A DNA stretch of 64,000 nt from a virus (lineage: Duplodnaviria > Caudoviricetes), in the IMG/VR virus record IMGVR_UViG_3300048011_000285, positions 7,113 through 71,112 of that record. One strand, written 5' to 3'. The notes beneath the pieces are model-generated. The model was given only the letters and a program-made list of their open reading frames with translations, searched no databases and was not told the DNA's origin. Of this stretch, positions 38,673 through 49,225 are shown piece after piece. The position numbers were made by a program, and so were the translations under genes. Positions within the stretch are counted from its first letter, which is position 1, and each line of letters starts with the position of its first letter.

Positions 38673-39844
38673 TTTTTATAACTCACATCTCCGGGATAGA
38701 TAGGAACCATTGCGCCGGGCGCACGTTTTGGAATTTTACTATCTGCACTGGATACGCAACTGTCACTGATACATACCTTAGGTGCATCGAATAGTTTAAA
38801 CCCACTCTCAATATACCCTAGAGGCTCGTCAGAACAACTGTAAGAGCGTTTGATAGACCCATCAGGTTCACGTATGATGATACCCTTAAATCCACTAGTA
38901 CAATCCCAACCTTTAAACTTGTTAAAGTTAAACGCATTAAAGCGTTCTGCTTGGTCCATGTAGTACTTGTCGCCTTTACTATCTTCGAACTCAACTTGCA
39001 TGATAGGTGGGACGTTCTTATCATCGCCGTTAATCATATCCATCTTATACATAGAACCTGTACGCGGCTTTGGACGCATTGCTTTAATAGTATTCGCTTT
39101 TTCAATAGTATCAGTGTACGCACGTTGTGGCATACCATTCTGCATCATCTTTAGTTGTTCGTCTGTATATCCGTCTACAACACGTGATGCAGTAGGATCT
39201 GACTGTGGTTTTAGAGTAACATTGATTCCACGTTTGTGAAAGTACATTGCGTTATCCCAATCTCTATCAAACCAGTCTGGTACAAGAACCATATTAATTG
39301 TTACTTGCACATCATGTTCCATACAGAATAAAAGTTTGTCAGCGAATTCTTCTTGCTTTGCATACTCACTGTGAAATGATGCAGTAATACTAGCACGATG
39401 AAATTTTGCAACAATGTCACAATATTTCTGAAACCAATCCATTTTACGTGCCATATTTGTTGTCATATGCACAGAGGTATAATTAGTGTTATCAACATCA
39501 TCAGCCAAATGCTGCAAAATATCCAGATATCCTGGATGAAAAGTAGGCTCACCGCCAGAAAGACTAAAATGAAAACTATTAAAACTGTTATCACGTGCTT
39601 GCCTCTTAATTTCATCTATAGTTGCTAGACACAATTCTGTTGGTCTATGATCTTTTCTATCGCTTCTGGCATAAGGCCAGCAGTACGAACACTTGTAGTT
39701 ACAGAAACGTCCTAATAACCAAGACACTGAAAACAAGTCTCTGTATAAAAGTGTTCGTTGACCTACCTTGACGATATCATCATACGGTGTTGCGGTAAAA
39801 TCATACTGCGACCAATAGTCTGCGTCTTTTTTAATATCTGTCAT
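38669..39844 (-). CDS. Radical SAM protein with C-terminal Cys cluster
   Basis: CNYKCSYC, SGGEPT, SFHSE, FKGWDC..C..C..C. Confidence 0.88.
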   Translation of the reverse strand: MTDIKKDADYWSQYDFTATPYDDIVKVGQRTLLYRDLFSVSWLLGRFCNYKCSYCWPYARSDRKDHRPTELCLATIDEIKRQARDNSFNSFHFSLSGGEPTFHPGYLDILQHLADDVDNTNYTSVHMTTNMARKMDWFQKYCDIVAKFHRASITASFHSEYAKQEEFADKLLFCMEHDVQVTINMVLVPDWFDRDWDNAMYFHKRGINVTLKPQSDPTASRVVDGYTDEQLKMMQNGMPQRAYTDTIEKANTIKAMRPKPRTGSMYKMDMINGDDKNVPPIMQVEFEDSKGDKYYMDQAERFNAFNFNKFKGWDCTSGFKGIIIREPDGSIKRSYSCSDEPLGYIESGFKLFDAPKVCISDSCVSSADSKIPKRAPGAMVPIYPGDVSYKK

Positions 39845-39869
39845 TTTTATCTCTTTATTAAGTACATAC

Positions 39870-41291
39870 TTATTTATATTTTTTCATTGCGTTATATAGT
39901 TCTGGTAGTTGACGTTCCATATTCTCATCACGTATATCATCTAGTTTGCCATTGTAATCCCAGAACTTCTTATTGTTCTCTTCAGTAAACCAATCTTCTC
40001 CGTACATAAAGTTAATGTTAGTATCAAGTAGTTGATCCATTTTTTGATTTGCCCATTCAACATTTGCAGGTTTAACAAATCCAATTGCCATTGGATTCTT
40101 CTTAGCTAAACTATGAAAGTCAATCGTATGTACAATATTATTTTTAAAATCTGTTCTAAATTCTTCCCAACTATCTCTTACTTGGTCTTTCACTTCTTTG
40201 GGTAAAAAACGTGTACTTAGTTCAAAAGGCCTATGAATTGGGTGTATGTTTACGAATGGTTTTGGATTGTTTTTCATCATTGGAGAAATGATTGCAAAAT
40301 CTTGTTCAATTTTCCATTTAAGAAAATCAGGAACATGAAATGCATTCAATGAACCGATTGTAAAAGCAATCCATGCTCTAAAGTTTAATGTTTCTGTACC
40401 GACTTCATCTAACTTTTTTAAATTCTTTTCAATCAACTTTGACTTTAGTGGATTGCGTACATACTCTAGTGTGTCACCGATGCCATCCATTGAAATACCG
40501 AACTGCACTTCTTTGAAGTTTTTCCATAGTTCTAACGCACGTGGTTGAATGTTTGTAAGATTAGTGTTATACTCTAATGTCATGTTCTTCGCATGACCTG
40601 TTTCTAAACAATAATTTAAGAACTCGTAATGTTTTTCAATGATAAGTGGCTCGCCGCCTACTAAGTATACATGTTGCATACCCGACACGTTTTCTTTTAA
40701 GTTTTCCCAAAAGTGGTCGTCCATTACCCAATCATAATCAGGTGCTGTAAACTTACCCTTTTTGTTTTTAACCATTTCGACTATGCCATGAGTGTCTTTA
40801 AATTTATTTGTATTCCACATCTTAACATAGTCATCGTACCAAGCACTAGAGTCCATTGGAGAACACATACGACATTTTAAATTACAGAAGTTACCCAAAC
40901 GAATATCATAATACGTTTGTTTGATATGTTCTAAATCAATCGTTCCATCTTCCGATGTGTGCTTTACAGCATCTTCCCAAGTAATGTGTTTAGCAAAACG
41001 TTCACCGTCGTTGATACGTCTAGATTTCATACCTGCTTTTTCTTCACGTATACAACGTACACATTCAGGATGCCATTCTCCATCTAACATAGTCTTGCGA
41101 ATTTCTTTAGCAAGAGGAGAGTTAATAGCATCAGTGATATTGTCACGATGCAAGTTATAATTCTTACCGTCTTCCTTCTTATATATTCCTCGTGTTGGTC
41201 CCTGATTAGCATGACAACAAACTCTCAAGTCACCGTTTGCACGTGTTGAAATATTAATCCAAGGGAGAATACAAAATGTCTTACTTTCCAT
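39870..41291 (-). CDS. Radical SAM protein with N-terminal Twitch domain
   Basis: FCILPW..RVCC..ECVRC; CNLKCRMC; VGGEP; YNTN. Confidence 0.9.
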   Translation of the reverse strand: MESKTFCILPWINISTRANGDLRVCCHANQGPTRGIYKKEDGKNYNLHRDNITDAINSPLAKEIRKTMLDGEWHPECVRCIREEKAGMKSRRINDGERFAKHITWEDAVKHTSEDGTIDLEHIKQTYYDIRLGNFCNLKCRMCSPMDSSAWYDDYVKMWNTNKFKDTHGIVEMVKNKKGKFTAPDYDWVMDDHFWENLKENVSGMQHVYLVGGEPLIIEKHYEFLNYCLETGHAKNMTLEYNTNLTNIQPRALELWKNFKEVQFGISMDGIGDTLEYVRNPLKSKLIEKNLKKLDEVGTETLNFRAWIAFTIGSLNAFHVPDFLKWKIEQDFAIISPMMKNNPKPFVNIHPIHRPFELSTRFLPKEVKDQVRDSWEEFRTDFKNNIVHTIDFHSLAKKNPMAIGFVKPANVEWANQKMDQLLDTNINFMYGEDWFTEENNKKFWDYNGKLDDIRDENMERQLPELYNAMKKYK

Positions 41292-42504
41292 TTTTCTTTA
41301 TCTCCGTATCTTCAAAGTTCTGTTTGCCATTTCCTCTGAAATCTAGTTCTTTTCCGCAAGTCTTACCACAAATCCAAAGACGATTATCAGACCCTGTTTT
41401 CCAACTATCTACTAAGTCATTGTTAAAGTATGGAGTTTTTAATATATCGAATATGCCATGATTTGCTAAATCATTAAAGCCTTCTCCATATCGTTCCCAC
41501 ATATTTTCATTATCTTGTATGCGAGTTGGTGTAGCAGAATCGTGTCCAATCTTACTGTAGTAATGTCCTTGCCAACAGCATGGCCATACTTTTCCCTGAT
41601 AATCAACAAAGATACTTTTATCTCTTGCTGTTTGACATTCTATCTCTGTATTTTTAACATAATTATCAAATGTCTTATGTTTCTTGATTACAGCATCAAC
41701 CTTTTCAGTTGTATTAGCTTGTTTCTTTGGAGCAGCAAGAATAGTCTCCAGGGCGTTATCTTTTTTAATCTGATCTACGTCCTGTTTCTTCTTTTGTGCT
41801 ACATGCTGTTTAGCAACAAACGTTAACTCAGTACGCTTGACGATTTGTTCTACTTCTTCACCGTCATAATGTGTTGGGATTACATAGCGATTAGATTTCT
41901 TATATCTAAACTTCCAAAAACCCATGTCTTCTGCTAATTGCTTTGCTTCATCAATTTGATGCTCATTGTGCGCAAACCCAATGTAATCCCATCTTGCTCT
42001 ACCACCTTCTGCAATAAATGCTTTAGCGTTTCGCATAATTATATTCCATTTAGAATTCACACGATATAGATGATTAGTATCTTCTAGTCCATCAATAGCA
42101 AAGATAACTTTATCTGGCTTTTTCATAATCTGTGCTAGTTCACGCCACCAGTCTTCTGTCTGTGCTGAACCATTTGTACTTAGTGTGAGTTGTCGTACTC
42201 CTGCATCTTTATACATGCGAATTACTTCAAGTAAGTATGGATACATAATTGGATCGCCATAATTACCATTGATGAAAACATGATTAGGAAGAAACGGCTT
42301 CATATCTTCAAGCATCTTTTCTAATACGCGAGGGTCGGTGTCAGTTAAATCTAAATCATCACGTTTTTTTAAGTTTTTACCGTTGCCATCCATACCAGTT
42401 GTTCTACCACACATCGGACATAACAAGTTACATCTAGAAGTCAATTCTAAATGTAACACACCAATCCTAAAGTCGATATACTTTAAGTTCTCTGATTTCG
42501 CCAT
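41281..42504 (-). CDS. Radical SAM/SPASM protein
   Basis: CNLLCPMC, GNYGDP, IDGL; C-terminal C..G.VWPCC..ICGKTC. Confidence 0.9.
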   Translation of the reverse strand: MAKSENLKYIDFRIGVLHLELTSRCNLLCPMCGRTTGMDGNGKNLKKRDDLDLTDTDPRVLEKMLEDMKPFLPNHVFINGNYGDPIMYPYLLEVIRMYKDAGVRQLTLSTNGSAQTEDWWRELAQIMKKPDKVIFAIDGLEDTNHLYRVNSKWNIIMRNAKAFIAEGGRARWDYIGFAHNEHQIDEAKQLAEDMGFWKFRYKKSNRYVIPTHYDGEEVEQIVKRTELTFVAKQHVAQKKKQDVDQIKKDNALETILAAPKKQANTTEKVDAVIKKHKTFDNYVKNTEIECQTARDKSIFVDYQGKVWPCCWQGHYYSKIGHDSATPTRIQDNENMWERYGEGFNDLANHGIFDILKTPYFNNDLVDSWKTGSDNRLWICGKTCGKELDFRGNGKQNFEDTEIKKNGK

Positions 42505-44081
42505 TTCATAAATGCTTCCACTGGCATATTGTTATATGCATGATTTAATTCTTCTACTTTCATGCCACGTGTAGGGGAACCATCCCAATCTGCACTGTGT
42601 ACTCTCATTTGATTATTTCGTTTAGAAATATCATTCATTACGTTAGAATAGACTTCTCTGCGTTCTTCATACGATAGAATCCACATTGTATAACGAGTAG
42701 TAATATAGTTACTACTCCACAGTACGTCATCAAAATTCTCATCTGGTTCTTCGATTATATTTAATAATGAACTCCAGTCTCTAATCATATTTGTTTGTGT
42801 ATAAGTTGTATTATTGTTTCTTACACGTTCAAAGAACTCATACCACTCTTCCATGCTAGGAAAGATACGTAAAATACTTGCTTCGTATGCATCTTTCGCA
42901 CGTTGTCTTTCGCTTTGCCAATTCTCTGATGCATAATCAAAGTCTTCGTAAATTGATAATAGTCCTATATCTTTATCATAATACATTTCTTTCAAAAAGT
43001 CAAGATACATATCAAAGTTTTTTGGATCCCATTCTTCATTTACCCATTTACGCACATCTAATGCATTCTGAGAAATGTCAAAGTAATTTACGTTTACATC
43101 TTCTGCTACTGTATCTGAATGCCAGTTACGCATAAACGCAAATGTCTTAAATCCTGCTGCTACTGAATACAGATTACGTAGTGGCTTTTTACTAGGGACC
43201 ATCTGAATATCATTAACACTTTCTGTGTTTAAAATCCACATGGCATGCGGTGAACGTTCTACTGTAAATTGTTGGTAACGTAAGAATTTTGACTTTGAAT
43301 CATTCTCATCTAGCGTAGTATCCCAAAATTTAAACTTTGCACAATCTTCTCTAAAGTATTTTTTAAATTCTTCTTGTTCTTCTTTAATTTCTGGGTATAG
43401 ATATGTTTTTGTTTCTCTTGCTCCATCGTCAAAGTTAGGAACTGATAGACCATTCTTCAAGCTAACGTCAATAAAGTTCCAGCCAAAGCCAGTACGTTTA
43501 ATAGTTTCCTGAGCTGGTCCAGGTGCTAGATACTTAGGTGTATGACTATCGTGAAAGTTTTCAGCACTACGAATAGCTTGTCTTACTTCTTGTGGTTTGA
43601 CCCCAAAGTCTCCAAACTCTGGTTCACCTAATTCTTTCCACATCTTATAGTTGATAACAAAACATTGTTCATGCAATCTAAACCAACGGTCTTTGTGCTG
43701 TTCATCAAGAATATGTCCCATTACTAGAAACTTATTTTCTTGCGCATTTGGTAGATACTCATGATTGCAATATTCTCTGAATAAGCTCCAACCATGCTCT
43801 AGTGGCTTCCATGCATCATACATAATATTACCGTATGCTTGGATTACTACTAAATCAATATCAGATTCTTTTGTGTCTGTCTTAACTGCCTGTAGGATCT
43901 TATCTACACTATCTTCTTCGTAGATAGGATGTTTAAAAAAACTATAATTATTTCTTAGGAAGTTATATGTATTAGCTCTCATAAACTCACTGATTTCACC
44001 ATCGCCGATTGTTTTAGATGTGTCTAGTACTGCACATCTAATTTGTGGCAAGAAGTTGTAAGAACGTTGTTGTTTCTTCAT
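42483..44081 (-). CDS. Large hypothetical protein within the rSAM array
   Basis: 532 aa intact ORF coupled to neighbours; no confident motif. Confidence 0.65.
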   Translation of the reverse strand: MKKQQRSYNFLPQIRCAVLDTSKTIGDGEISEFMRANTYNFLRNNYSFFKHPIYEEDSVDKILQAVKTDTKESDIDLVVIQAYGNIMYDAWKPLEHGWSLFREYCNHEYLPNAQENKFLVMGHILDEQHKDRWFRLHEQCFVINYKMWKELGEPEFGDFGVKPQEVRQAIRSAENFHDSHTPKYLAPGPAQETIKRTGFGWNFIDVSLKNGLSVPNFDDGARETKTYLYPEIKEEQEEFKKYFREDCAKFKFWDTTLDENDSKSKFLRYQQFTVERSPHAMWILNTESVNDIQMVPSKKPLRNLYSVAAGFKTFAFMRNWHSDTVAEDVNVNYFDISQNALDVRKWVNEEWDPKNFDMYLDFLKEMYYDKDIGLLSIYEDFDYASENWQSERQRAKDAYEASILRIFPSMEEWYEFFERVRNNNTTYTQTNMIRDWSSLLNIIEEPDENFDDVLWSSNYITTRYTMWILSYEERREVYSNVMNDISKRNNQMRVHSADWDGSPTRGMKVEELNHAYNNMPVEAFMKWRNQRT

Positions 44082-44878
44082 TGTGTAACTTTATTCCAAC
44101 TGTTTAATATTAAATCTTCGAATTCTTTTCCGCCATATTGGCCATGAACAATCATATGAACACGAACTTCGTCTGTATCATTCATCACCGCGTGTTTGTG
44201 TCCTACATTCATTTTAAACATTTTGCCTGGCTTCCACGGAACATAAGCATTGTCATCAATCATCTTAAAGTAGCAATGCTCTGGGTTGTTCAACGATATA
44301 TTTAGCGGTCCTAATTTGTCGTGTTCATAATCAGTGTGCGGAGTAATATAACCTCCTGGCTCAAGATACATATATCTAACTCTATCAAATGTATGATAGC
44401 CAGGAATAGATTTGATCATCTCTACAGTTGTCGGACATTTATCAGCAATCTCTGTCCAACCATATGCTTTACGTGCTTCGTGTTCATCTTTGTATGTAAA
44501 GCCTGCTGCGATTACATCTTTGCTGTCCCAATGTTGAGATACATGCTTATGTAACCCATGTAGCGTCAGGGAGCGCCATCCTCTGTGTCCGTAGTCATCA
44601 GGGTTGTTCTCATCGTAATCGTTCTTTCTATGTTGAATTGCTTCATCATATACAGACATTGCCTCATCATAGCATTTCTTCCAGTCGAACTCTGGGACAT
44701 CTAATTCAAGCCATGGAATACCTGACTCATGCGTCACCCACTTTGATTTTCTAAAACGTGCTGTTGGAGGGAATGTAGGCTCATTTATCATAGCATCTAC
44801 AAATGCGGCTGGCATCGTATCAAAGCTATAACTATTTCTATCTTTAAAATGTTCTTCTATTGTTTTTGGGTATTCCAT
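44078..44878 (-). CDS. Aspartyl/asparaginyl beta-hydroxylase-like Fe/2OG oxygenase
   Basis: LEPGGYITPHTD, HAVMN..E.RVHMI. Confidence 0.85.
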   Translation of the reverse strand: MEYPKTIEEHFKDRNSYSFDTMPAAFVDAMINEPTFPPTARFRKSKWVTHESGIPWLELDVPEFDWKKCYDEAMSVYDEAIQHRKNDYDENNPDDYGHRGWRSLTLHGLHKHVSQHWDSKDVIAAGFTYKDEHEARKAYGWTEIADKCPTTVEMIKSIPGYHTFDRVRYMYLEPGGYITPHTDYEHDKLGPLNISLNNPEHCYFKMIDDNAYVPWKPGKMFKMNVGHKHAVMNDTDEVRVHMIVHGQYGGKEFEDLILNSWNKVTQ

Positions 44879-45534
44879 TATGCCAATCTCCCGAATGCCC
44901 ATTTACGTTCTTCGCACCACCAACATTTACCACAATGTCCAGTACCTGGGTCTTCTATGTTTTCAAAATAATTACTAGTAGGATCGTATTCACAACTTCT
45001 AGTAATCGGATAAAGTTCTTCAAGTAAATTTGCTTCTTTATACATTTCTGCAATTTTTAGTTTATCAGAATTAAACCATGGCGTATAAAATGTATTATTA
45101 TGATGCATATATGGATTGTTGCCTGGTGTTCTGTTTGTTTCTGTAACTGGTAATACAAATGTATCTGTGACTTCTTTTGGAGGGTTTGATGTTATACCAG
45201 TATATATAATTCCTGTTGTGTTGCTATCTAAGTATACCTGTAACTTAGGAAATAATTCTTCACGTGTTTGTATTTCACAGTAACTAATATGATGTTCAAT
45301 ATTACTATTACCAGTTAACTGAATAATTTTCTCTACTACATTTACTGCCGCGTGAACATTATATCGTGATCTCTGATTATTACCAGTAGTAAAGATATGT
45401 ATTGTATCTTCTTTTTCTCGCATTAAATGATAAAGCAAAATAGAACTATCTGCTCCTCCGCTACAACTCACTCCGATCGGACCAGAGTAGATATCTAGAT
45501 TTATACCAGCTGGAGAAATAGAGTAATTAATCAT
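44878..45534 (-). CDS. QueC-like PP-loop ATPase
   Basis: SGGADS PP-loop; TRSC..HCGKCWWCEER Zn motif. Confidence 0.75.
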   Translation of the reverse strand: MINYSISPAGINLDIYSGPIGVSCSGGADSSILLYHLMREKEDTIHIFTTGNNQRSRYNVHAAVNVVEKIIQLTGNSNIEHHISYCEIQTREELFPKLQVYLDSNTTGIIYTGITSNPPKEVTDTFVLPVTETNRTPGNNPYMHHNNTFYTPWFNSDKLKIAEMYKEANLLEELYPITRSCEYDPTSNYFENIEDPGTGHCGKCWWCEERKWAFGRLA

Positions 45535-47089
45535 CGGTGTCCAACTCCTGTTGATTAACATGGAATCCGTTATCTTCTAACTCTTTTAATAGTCTATCAT
45601 CGAACTCGCCATCCCAGTCATCACCTGCTTCTGGAGTCCAATCTAATAACGGTGCCATCTCAGGGAACACATCTCTGAAGTTTGTATCTCTGATAGCGTC
45701 CATCTTTTCAATATATTCAATAAATTCTGGCATACGTTCACGTGACCAGTCGCCGCTATTCATAAACGACAGCATACCACGAAGGCGTTTCACACCATAA
45801 GCGGCATGTAACCACTCGTCTTTTCTGACTTGTGATTCAGTTACACCATCACATTTTTCCCAATTATCTTCAAGCCATTCAATGAATGTATCAAACTTTG
45901 CAGTACACATTTGTTTGAACCAGTTAGGAAGAACTTTAACATTTAGATGCGGTGGGTGATAAACAAAGTGATAGTTAATCATACCTGCACCTAGAGGCCA
46001 TAAGTTAATCTTCTTAAAGTTTTGTTCAATTTTCCACTTGACAAAATCAGGAAGATAGTATATGTTTAATGCTTGCACAGCACATGCTACTGTTACTTCT
46101 ACGTTAGGACCTGTGTTGTCTAACACATGAAACATATCCACAGTATGTTGCCATGTTGACGGGAAACGAATATAATCATTCATCTCACCTATTGAGTCAA
46201 CTGAATAGTGAAAACGTACACGCTTGAATAGTTTCCACAAGTCAAACAAACGCTGTGGCATCTCTAAGCCATTGGAGTTATAGCGAAGTTCAATCTGCGG
46301 AGCATATCCTCTACGAACAACTTCTTCAAGTAACGTATAATGTTCTTCGATGATTGTTGCTTCACCACCAGCAAAATACAATTGCTTCATGTGTGGGATT
46401 TGTTCATATAACTGTTCCCAGAATGCTTCATTCTTTTTATGCCAGTTGTAACTTGCGCCATCAATCTGGCCTTTGTTACCCCATTGCATTGTTTCTTTTA
46501 ATGATTCGTTTTCAATCTTAGGATGTAACTTCAACCAGTCTTTTACCCACATTGAACTATCATGCGGCGAACACATAATACATTTCAAGTTACACTTTGA
46601 CCCAAGACGTAAATCTAAGTAACGGATCTTCGGAGGGATTGAACCATCGTCGGCTGTCTCAGCGAGAATTTCTTTCATATCTACACGTCTTGACCAGTAT
46701 TCTGTTTCCCAGAAACGTTTGGACATGTGACCCGCATCTTCTTCGTTGTAGCACTTTAAACATGATGCCGGCTTCTTATTGTTAAGCATCTGTGTGCGTA
46801 CATTCTTCATGTATTCATTGTTCCAACTTGACATTAAGTCAGTGTGGTTCAAGTTTGCAGGTTTTCCATCAGCATTCTTCAAAACACCAACTTCACCGCC
46901 GTGTTTCTTATCATTAGTTGCGCCAACACTTGATGCATTCGCAGTACAGCAAACTCGCATATGTCCATTTGGACGAGTAGACAAGTGTACCCAAGGAAGT
47001 AAACAAAATGTATCACTAGGTGCGTGTGGTACCCTCTTACGAAACTCTGCTAAATTATTATTAAGTTCTTCTGATTTGTCGTCGGACAT
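45527..47089 (-). CDS. Radical SAM protein with N-terminal Twitch domain
   Basis: FCLLPW..RVCC..SCLKC; CNLKCIMC; AGGE; GGAG RBS at 47089 start. Confidence 0.9.
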   Translation of the reverse strand: MSDDKSEELNNNLAEFRKRVPHAPSDTFCLLPWVHLSTRPNGHMRVCCTANASSVGATNDKKHGGEVGVLKNADGKPANLNHTDLMSSWNNEYMKNVRTQMLNNKKPASCLKCYNEEDAGHMSKRFWETEYWSRRVDMKEILAETADDGSIPPKIRYLDLRLGSKCNLKCIMCSPHDSSMWVKDWLKLHPKIENESLKETMQWGNKGQIDGASYNWHKKNEAFWEQLYEQIPHMKQLYFAGGEATIIEEHYTLLEEVVRRGYAPQIELRYNSNGLEMPQRLFDLWKLFKRVRFHYSVDSIGEMNDYIRFPSTWQHTVDMFHVLDNTGPNVEVTVACAVQALNIYYLPDFVKWKIEQNFKKINLWPLGAGMINYHFVYHPPHLNVKVLPNWFKQMCTAKFDTFIEWLEDNWEKCDGVTESQVRKDEWLHAAYGVKRLRGMLSFMNSGDWSRERMPEFIEYIEKMDAIRDTNFRDVFPEMAPLLDWTPEAGDDWDGEFDDRLLKELEDNGFHVNQQELDTDD

Positions 47090-47120
47090 ATTAACTCCAA
47101 TACTTGTATTATATACGTAT

Positions 47121-48137
47121 TTATCTTTTAGTTTTAGCTGTCTCAATGTCAGCTATACAACTGCACCAATCCCACTTACAGACTGTAGGTTCAACTGGAA
47201 ATAGTATCTCATGCGGAAAATCAATATGACCGTGATTACATTCATGATTACAACTGCTTCCGGACGTTATATTTCCGTCCATTGTAATCACAATTGTTTC
47301 AAGTCCTATATTACATTTCCAACCCTTCCAAGTGTTTTTACCTGTACGCATTAATTCGTTTGGTGTTACTTCTACAGTCTCTTTATTATTCTTAAATTTT
47401 AACTTTTTAGCAAACATGTTTTTTTGTTCATCGTCTGATAAATTGTTGATTGTCCAAACAGGTATATCATCAAATTTAAGTATATCATCTAGATATTCGT
47501 TGTCATATTTAAATGCCTCATGTGAACCTAAGGTCTTGCGTAAAGTTTTAATTATCACACTATTGCACATAGAATTGTTATAAAAATATTCTGCGGCTTC
47601 TCTGCATTTATCAAGATACAATGGATAGAGACATACTTGTATTGTATGAAATACTCCGTGTTCTCTAAGAATACTTGACACATCACAAATATGATTTATG
47701 TCTGCACTTTCTGGGTGATAACTTATGACAATATCATCTAAGAACGGTGACGCTTTTGCCCACCAATTTAAAGTTCTTGATCCATTAGTTAATATACGAA
47801 TTCTGTTATCAGGATCATATTCTTTGAGCCTTGAAATGAAAGGTATAAAATCTTTCCACACAGTTGGTTCACCGCCTAGCAAGTTCCATAGTAATTGCTT
47901 GCCTAAACTTTTATAATGTATAGTTGCAACTCTGCAAAACTCCAATGTAGTATCTATGGACTTCCATTGTACACTACCATCATTAGCATAATCATCACAG
48001 TATGTACAGCTATAGTTACATACATTTCCCATATTCCAATCAATCGTAACGAAATCAACATCGGACGAACTCACTAGTTCATCATACCGATTAAGTAGAC
48101 TGGTATCTGGTTCTGTAATGAACTTTATTTCTTGCAT
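47121..48137 (-). CDS. Radical SAM protein with C-terminal Cys cluster (paralog of 38669)
   Basis: CNYSCTYC, LGGEPT, SYH.E, WKGWKC..C..C..CSC. Confidence 0.88.
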   Translation of the reverse strand: MQEIKFITEPDTSLLNRYDELVSSSDVDFVTIDWNMGNVCNYSCTYCDDYANDGSVQWKSIDTTLEFCRVATIHYKSLGKQLLWNLLGGEPTVWKDFIPFISRLKEYDPDNRIRILTNGSRTLNWWAKASPFLDDIVISYHPESADINHICDVSSILREHGVFHTIQVCLYPLYLDKCREAAEYFYNNSMCNSVIIKTLRKTLGSHEAFKYDNEYLDDILKFDDIPVWTINNLSDDEQKNMFAKKLKFKNNKETVEVTPNELMRTGKNTWKGWKCNIGLETIVITMDGNITSGSSCNHECNHGHIDFPHEILFPVEPTVCKWDWCSCIADIETAKTKR

Positions 48138-49225
48138 TATTTGAACTGTTCAGCAAACGCATCAAACTCTTTGCCACACTTTTGAGAACATACCATCGGC
48201 TTACCAGTATGTGTATTAGGTTTGCCCCAACTATCAACTAAGTTCTTAGAAAAATAATCATTCTCTAGTACTGCTTTAAGACCATGTATCTTGGCATTGA
48301 ATACATCTTTGCCACCACTCTGTTGAATTAGCTCCCAGACTTGATTCTGTCCAGGCTTCTGCCACCACTTATACATGTTACCTGCAACCCAACAACATGG
48401 AAGAACTAGACCTTCGGCACTCAAATACATATTCTTTTCTTTAGCAACCTTACAGCTAATCTCTACATTATCAAAATATTGTTCTAGTGAACCGTGCTTT
48501 TCTTTCAGTTCAGTAATCTTATCCAATGCTTTATTCTGATACTTAACTTCTTTTGGCTTCGCAAGCAACTGTTGCTTTTCACCTTTGCGGTTCATAGCTT
48601 GATGTTCCTCTTTGCCTGCTACTTTCATAGTAGAAAAAAATCGCCCAGTCTTCTTTGGAATAAACTTACGAAAGCCTACTTTCTCAGCAAGCGCACGTGC
48701 CTCTTCTACTTGGTGTTCGTTGTGTTCAAAGATCAAATAATCCCATTCTGCTTTACCGCCTGCTTCGATAAATGCAAGCGCATTTTCCCAAGCGATGTCC
48801 CAGTTAACACCTTGACGATATAAGTGATTAGTATCACCCAGTCCGTCAAATGAGAACTTTAGATAACTCCAGTTACCAAGTGTCTTTGCAAGTTCACGCC
48901 ACCAATCAGGCTTCTTAGCGCCTGCATTAGTATTCATACCAAGAGTAAGCTCTTTCTTACATGAACGGAAATACTGAAATACTTCTAGTGTATCTTTAGC
49001 AACGATAGGGTCACCAAAGTTACCACACATATAAATTCTGTCAAGTTGCTTGACAAACTCTGGTGGCATAATTTGTTGTACATCTTCAAGCGACAATTCA
49101 TGCAACCCTAGATTTGGATTGTCTGCTCCGCCATTTTGATTTCTATCACACATAGGACATGTCGCTTGACACTTCTCTGTGATTTCTAAATGAACAACTC
49201 TTACGTCTTCATATCCGTATATCAT
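48137..49225 (-). CDS. Radical SAM/SPASM protein (paralog of 41281)
   Basis: CQATCPMC, GNFGDP, FDGL..TNHLYR, LPCCW..VCSQKC. Confidence 0.9.
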   Translation of the reverse strand: MIYGYEDVRVVHLEITEKCQATCPMCDRNQNGGADNPNLGLHELSLEDVQQIMPPEFVKQLDRIYMCGNFGDPIVAKDTLEVFQYFRSCKKELTLGMNTNAGAKKPDWWRELAKTLGNWSYLKFSFDGLGDTNHLYRQGVNWDIAWENALAFIEAGGKAEWDYLIFEHNEHQVEEARALAEKVGFRKFIPKKTGRFFSTMKVAGKEEHQAMNRKGEKQQLLAKPKEVKYQNKALDKITELKEKHGSLEQYFDNVEISCKVAKEKNMYLSAEGLVLPCCWVAGNMYKWWQKPGQNQVWELIQQSGGKDVFNAKIHGLKAVLENDYFSKNLVDSWGKPNTHTGKPMVCSQKCGKEFDAFAEQFK

